A stretch of DNA of 64,000 nucleotides. Origin: Nitrososphaeraceae archaeon. Its GTDB lineage: Archaea > Thermoproteota > Nitrososphaeria > Nitrososphaerales > Nitrososphaeraceae. This document shows positions 60,659 to 64,000 of this stretch, one piece after another (within the stretch, counting starts at the first letter, position 1; every line of letters begins with the position of its first letter). Made by a program: the position numbers and the translations under genes. The stretch lies in the NCBI GenBank assembly GCA_035250975.1, contig DATFEP010000067.1, positions 1-64,000 on the forward strand, given 5' to 3'. Under the pieces are notes generated by a model. It made no database searches. It saw nothing but the letters and a program-made list of their open reading frames with translations, and was not told the origin of the DNA.

Positions 60659-61000
60659 TTATTCAGAATTCATGTGTTTCTCGTATATTTCAGAATTTAG
60701 TAATAACCATCCATAATGTTGTGGGTCGTGGATGTATTTTATATCTCTTAATATTACCTTGATCTTTCTCTTTCTCAATTCATCCAAAAAATATAATTGA
60801 ATGTTCAATCCGATTTTTTTTGAATAACTATTATTTTTTTCATTACGAGGGATGAGGATTCGGTAACTGAATTTATGTTCCTTTGCAAGTAAAATATAAT
60901 CTTCCACCATGCTTTCAGTAATTTTATTTATATCTTCTTCATGAGACATCTCCACTGTTTTATAAACAGGGAAATTTCTAAAAAACAAGGAGTCATTCAT
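60659..61000 (-). CDS. Hypothetical protein
   Basis: 113-aa ORF with ATG downstream of sufU. Confidence 0.7.
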   Translation of the reverse strand: MNDSLFFRNFPVYKTVEMSHEEDINKITESMVEDYILLAKEHKFSYRILIPRNEKNNSYSKKIGLNIQLYFLDELRKRKIKVILRDIKYIHDPQHYGWLLLNSEIYEKHMNSE

Positions 61001-61048
61001 AAATCGAAAATAGATATCATTTTTATTTGATATACTTTTATTTAGAAA

Positions 61049-61477
61049 TTAATAAAGATCTGAATCTTTCTCCAGTTTTTGAGCTGTGTTTGGTTCTTTG
61101 TCTTCATAGTATTTGACCATGCCCATCTTTAAAACCTTTAATGACAATAACGCGCATTTTATCCTAGCTGGACCCAAATTTGTTAGACCAATATTTTCTA
61201 AAATATCATCTTTCGAGATATCTTTTGCATTAGTTAAAGGTTTGTTAATAATCATCTCAGTCAGCATAGAAGCACTTGCTTGACTAATTGCACATCCTCT
61301 CCCATCGAATTTTATATCTTCAATATTTCCATCTTTAACCTTGAGATAAATATCAATTTGATCTCCACATAAAGGATTACTGTCGTGGATTACAACGTCA
61401 GCGTTTTCTAGTTTTCCTTTATTTCGAGGATTTCTATAATGATCTAATATAATTTCACGATAAATATCGTCACTCAA
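61049..61477 (-). CDS. sufU: SufU/IscU-family Fe-S scaffold or sulfur-transfer protein
   Basis: YREIILDHY.NPRN, NPLCGD, GCAISQASAS, RIKCA. Confidence 0.92.
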   Translation of the reverse strand: MSDDIYREIILDHYRNPRNKGKLENADVVIHDSNPLCGDQIDIYLKVKDGNIEDIKFDGRGCAISQASASMLTEMIINKPLTNAKDISKDDILENIGLTNLGPARIKCALLSLKVLKMGMVKYYEDKEPNTAQKLEKDSDLY

Positions 61478-62715
61478 AGTCGAAACAACTTTATAGCTTT
61501 GTCTAAAGCATTAATAAATATATTGATTTCCTCCCGAGTGTTATAAATGTAGAAACTGGCTCTTGATGTAGCAGACACGTCTAATTTTTCCATCAATATT
61601 TGCGCACAATGGTGTCCGGATCTAATTGCAATGCCATGATCGTTCAGGATAGTTGCAAGGTCGTGTGGATGAATATCACCCAAATTAAAAGATATAATGC
61701 CACCCCTACTTGAAAGATTAGGATCACCATATAATTTTATTCCCTTCAAACTTGACAGACACTCGAGAGCATACCTTGTCAGCTCTAATTCATGTCTACG
61801 AATATTATCCATACCAATCTTGTTCAAATAATCCAGAGCATGACTAAACCCTATTACATCTGCGATATTTGGAGTACCACCCTCATATTTATAGGGTAAA
61901 TCATTATACGTAGTTTCATATTTATGAACTTCCCTAATCATATCTCCGCCGCCTATGAAAGGATTCATGCATTCAAGAATCTCTTTTTTGGCATAAAGGA
62001 CACCGACTCCAGTTGGTCCAAGCATTTTGTGTCCTGAGAAAGCAAGAAATTCACAATCTAAATCTGTAACATCAGTTCTAATATGAGGAACAGACTGTGC
62101 CCCATCTACAAAAAATGGTATTCCAAATGAATGCGCATATTTTATCATCGACTCTATCGGTATTATGTTTCCTAACGCATTAGACATATGACTTAAAGAA
62201 ATTAATTTTACGTTATTCTGTTGAATATATGATTCCAGTTTACTTAAATCTAAATTTCCGTTGTTATCTACATTCAAGTATTCGATTTTTGCTTTTTTTT
62301 CCTTACACAACATTTGCCATGGAACTATATTACTATGATGTTCCAACTCTGATAGAATTATCGTATCACCTTTTCCGATAGCTTTTCGGCCCCAAGAATA
62401 AGCAACAAGGTTTATAGCTTCGGTGGCATTTCTCGTAAAAATTATTTCCTCACGTGAATGTGCGTTGATAAATTTACAAACTTTATCCCTGGTCATCTCA
62501 TATGATTCGGTAGCTTCTTCCGCAATCTGGTAGACTGCCCTATGAATATTAGCATTGTAGCTAGCATAATAATCAGAGATTGCATTGATTACAGAAAAAG
62601 GTTTCTGGGTAGTTGCAGCGTTATCAAAGTACACTAATGGCTTCCCATTAATGGTACGGGACAGAATAGGAAAGTCTTTTCGAATCTCATTTACTTCTAA
62701 TTGGGATGTTTGCAT
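61474..62715 (-). CDS. sufS: Cysteine desulfurase (SufS family)
   Basis: YFDNAATTQKP, EHHSNIVPW, DGAQ, SGHKMLGPTG, RSGHHCAQ. Confidence 0.95.
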   Translation of the reverse strand: MQTSQLEVNEIRKDFPILSRTINGKPLVYFDNAATTQKPFSVINAISDYYASYNANIHRAVYQIAEEATESYEMTRDKVCKFINAHSREEIIFTRNATEAINLVAYSWGRKAIGKGDTIILSELEHHSNIVPWQMLCKEKKAKIEYLNVDNNGNLDLSKLESYIQQNNVKLISLSHMSNALGNIIPIESMIKYAHSFGIPFFVDGAQSVPHIRTDVTDLDCEFLAFSGHKMLGPTGVGVLYAKKEILECMNPFIGGGDMIREVHKYETTYNDLPYKYEGGTPNIADVIGFSHALDYLNKIGMDNIRRHELELTRYALECLSSLKGIKLYGDPNLSSRGGIISFNLGDIHPHDLATILNDHGIAIRSGHHCAQILMEKLDVSATSRASFYIYNTREEINIFINALDKAIKLFRL

Positions 62716-62863
62716 AATATATGAATATATAACAATTAATAAATATAAATTGATTGAAAAAAATTTTGAAAGAAATTATTTTTGATTTGCTAGAAAAAGT
62801 TTCGTAAGTATCAGTTAACAATACCTTTCAAGAATTTCAAAGACTGCTCCTTAAAATTCATTC

Positions 62864-63310
62864 TTATGATCTGGCTTTTGTTGACCAAAATGTCCCTCCT
62901 GAATTTCTCCAATTTAAGTAATCTTTGATAATTAATTTATGATCGAATGCGAAGTCAATATTATTGATATTATCTAATGGGATCCAGTGTAATTCTTTTG
63001 CATCATCCCCGGCGTTTGGCTCTCCTCCATGCATAATGGTAATGAAAACAACAGTTAAAATATGTCCTCTTGGATCTCGTTTAGGATTAGAATAAACTCC
63101 AAGAATTTCAATAGGATGAATTTCTAGAGATGTTTCTTCAAAAACTTCCCTTATTAACGCTTCTTCTACTGTTTCACCTTCATCAACAAATCCACCTGGA
63201 AGGGCAAAAGTATCCTTAAAAGGATCATTTTGTCTTTTAATCACCAATAAAAAAGATGATTTTTGAATTATGGCATCAACTGTTGGTCTAGGATTTCTAT
63301 ATTCTTTCAT
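62864..63310 (-). CDS. NUDIX hydrolase (ADP-ribose pyrophosphatase-like)
   Basis: ALPGGFVDEGETVEEALIREVFEET, RDPRGH, AGDDA, AFDH. Confidence 0.9.
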   Translation of the reverse strand: MKEYRNPRPTVDAIIQKSSFLLVIKRQNDPFKDTFALPGGFVDEGETVEEALIREVFEETSLEIHPIEILGVYSNPKRDPRGHILTVVFITIMHGGEPNAGDDAKELHWIPLDNINNIDFAFDHKLIIKDYLNWRNSGGTFWSTKARS

Positions 63311-63370
63311 ATGACTAAATATCAAGGATTATTTTAAAAATATTATATATAATAAGTGTGAAAGACCAGT

Positions 63371-63613
63371 ATGCAACTTTTATGGAGAGAAGAATGGCTT
63401 AAGCCTTTAATAGATTATGAGATAAGTTCTGAAGAGTGTAATTTCTGCAAAAAAAAGTTCCTAGATTTTTCTTTTGTAACCTCATGTGAATTCTGTGACA
63501 TTGGGATAATGCATGATCATTGTGCGAACTCACATTTAGTGGGTACTCATTATCAGGAGTTGATAAAAAAAACAAAAAGATACAAGGAAAAACAATTACA
63601 TGATTTCCAATAA
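63371..63613 (+). CDS. Small zinc-finger protein
   Basis: CNFC...CEFC....H..C...H....H. Confidence 0.7.
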   Translation: MQLLWREEWLKPLIDYEISSEECNFCKKKFLDFSFVTSCEFCDIGIMHDHCANSHLVGTHYQELIKKTKRYKEKQLHDFQ

Positions 63614-63639
63614 TGTAGAGTTTAATTAGAAATATATTT

Positions 63640-63999
63640 TCATTCCTCATAGAGCCAACATTTCACATAACCGTCTTTCCCAATTTTATAATCTGGGGGA
63701 TTATTCTTACATTTTTTCATTGCATGTTCACACTGTGAGTAATACTTACAACCATTGGAATCGATTTTATCATTCAATATAGGCAATTTACCTCCGCTTG
63801 GATTTACTTCTTTAACTATAAATTCAGCCTTGGTATCTGGTATCTGTGATATCAAAGATTTAGTATAAGGGTGTTTTGGATTAAATATTATTTCTTTGGT
63901 AGAGTTTATTTCAACGAGTTCACCTGCATACATAATTCCTATCTTGTCTACTAATTGAGCAATTAATGGAATATCATGTGAAATTAATATAATACTTAT
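63640..63999 (-). CDS. Oligopeptide/dipeptide ABC transporter ATP-binding subunit, 3' portion (5'-partial)
   Basis: Frame open to the window edge: ISIILISHD (H-loop), IMYAGELVE, PKHPYT, C..C..C..C tail. Confidence 0.9.
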   Translation of the reverse strand: MSIILISHDIPLIAQLVDKIGIMYAGELVEINSTKEIIFNPKHPYTKSLISQIPDTKAEFIVKEVNPSGGKLPILNDKIDSNGCKYYSQCEHAMKKCKNNPPDYKIGKDGYVKCWLYEE

Positions 64000-64000
64000 C

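Overview
AT-rich archaeal chromosome segment. Gene content (eukaryote-type DNA topoisomerase IB, CofG/CofH, archaeal primase PriS/PriL, S24e/S27ae, Pus10, Dph6, a tRNA with two BHB introns) points to an ammonia-oxidising archaeon (Nitrososphaerota, Nitrosocosmicus-like; inferred, not database-confirmed). Most of the window is housekeeping: an rps2-MEMO1-mvk-ipk-fni-GGPP synthase-gltX operon, a B12-type radical SAM gene (probable GDGT ring synthase), replication/repair genes, three aminoacyl-tRNA synthetases, MTA salvage, nucleotide-sugar enzymes, trpGD, SRP54, F420 synthesis, SufS/SufU and three tRNAs (Ala-GGC, Tyr-GTA, Met-CAT). No CRISPR array, rRNA or intact mobile element was seen. Best leads: (1) a 160-aa HEAT protein resembling one half of eukaryotic deoxyhypusine hydroxylase, with two His-Glu motifs; (2) a DUF59/SufT-PqqD(RRE) fusion; (3) the radical SAM/FNR locus beside the isoprenoid operon; (4) C54 in two of three tRNAs together with a divergent Pus10; (5) a perfect 18-bp VNTR inside ribosomal protein S2; (6) a frameshift-split zinc-ribbon gene; (7) an unannotated IS5-like transposase remnant. 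All family assignments come from motif recognition by eye.
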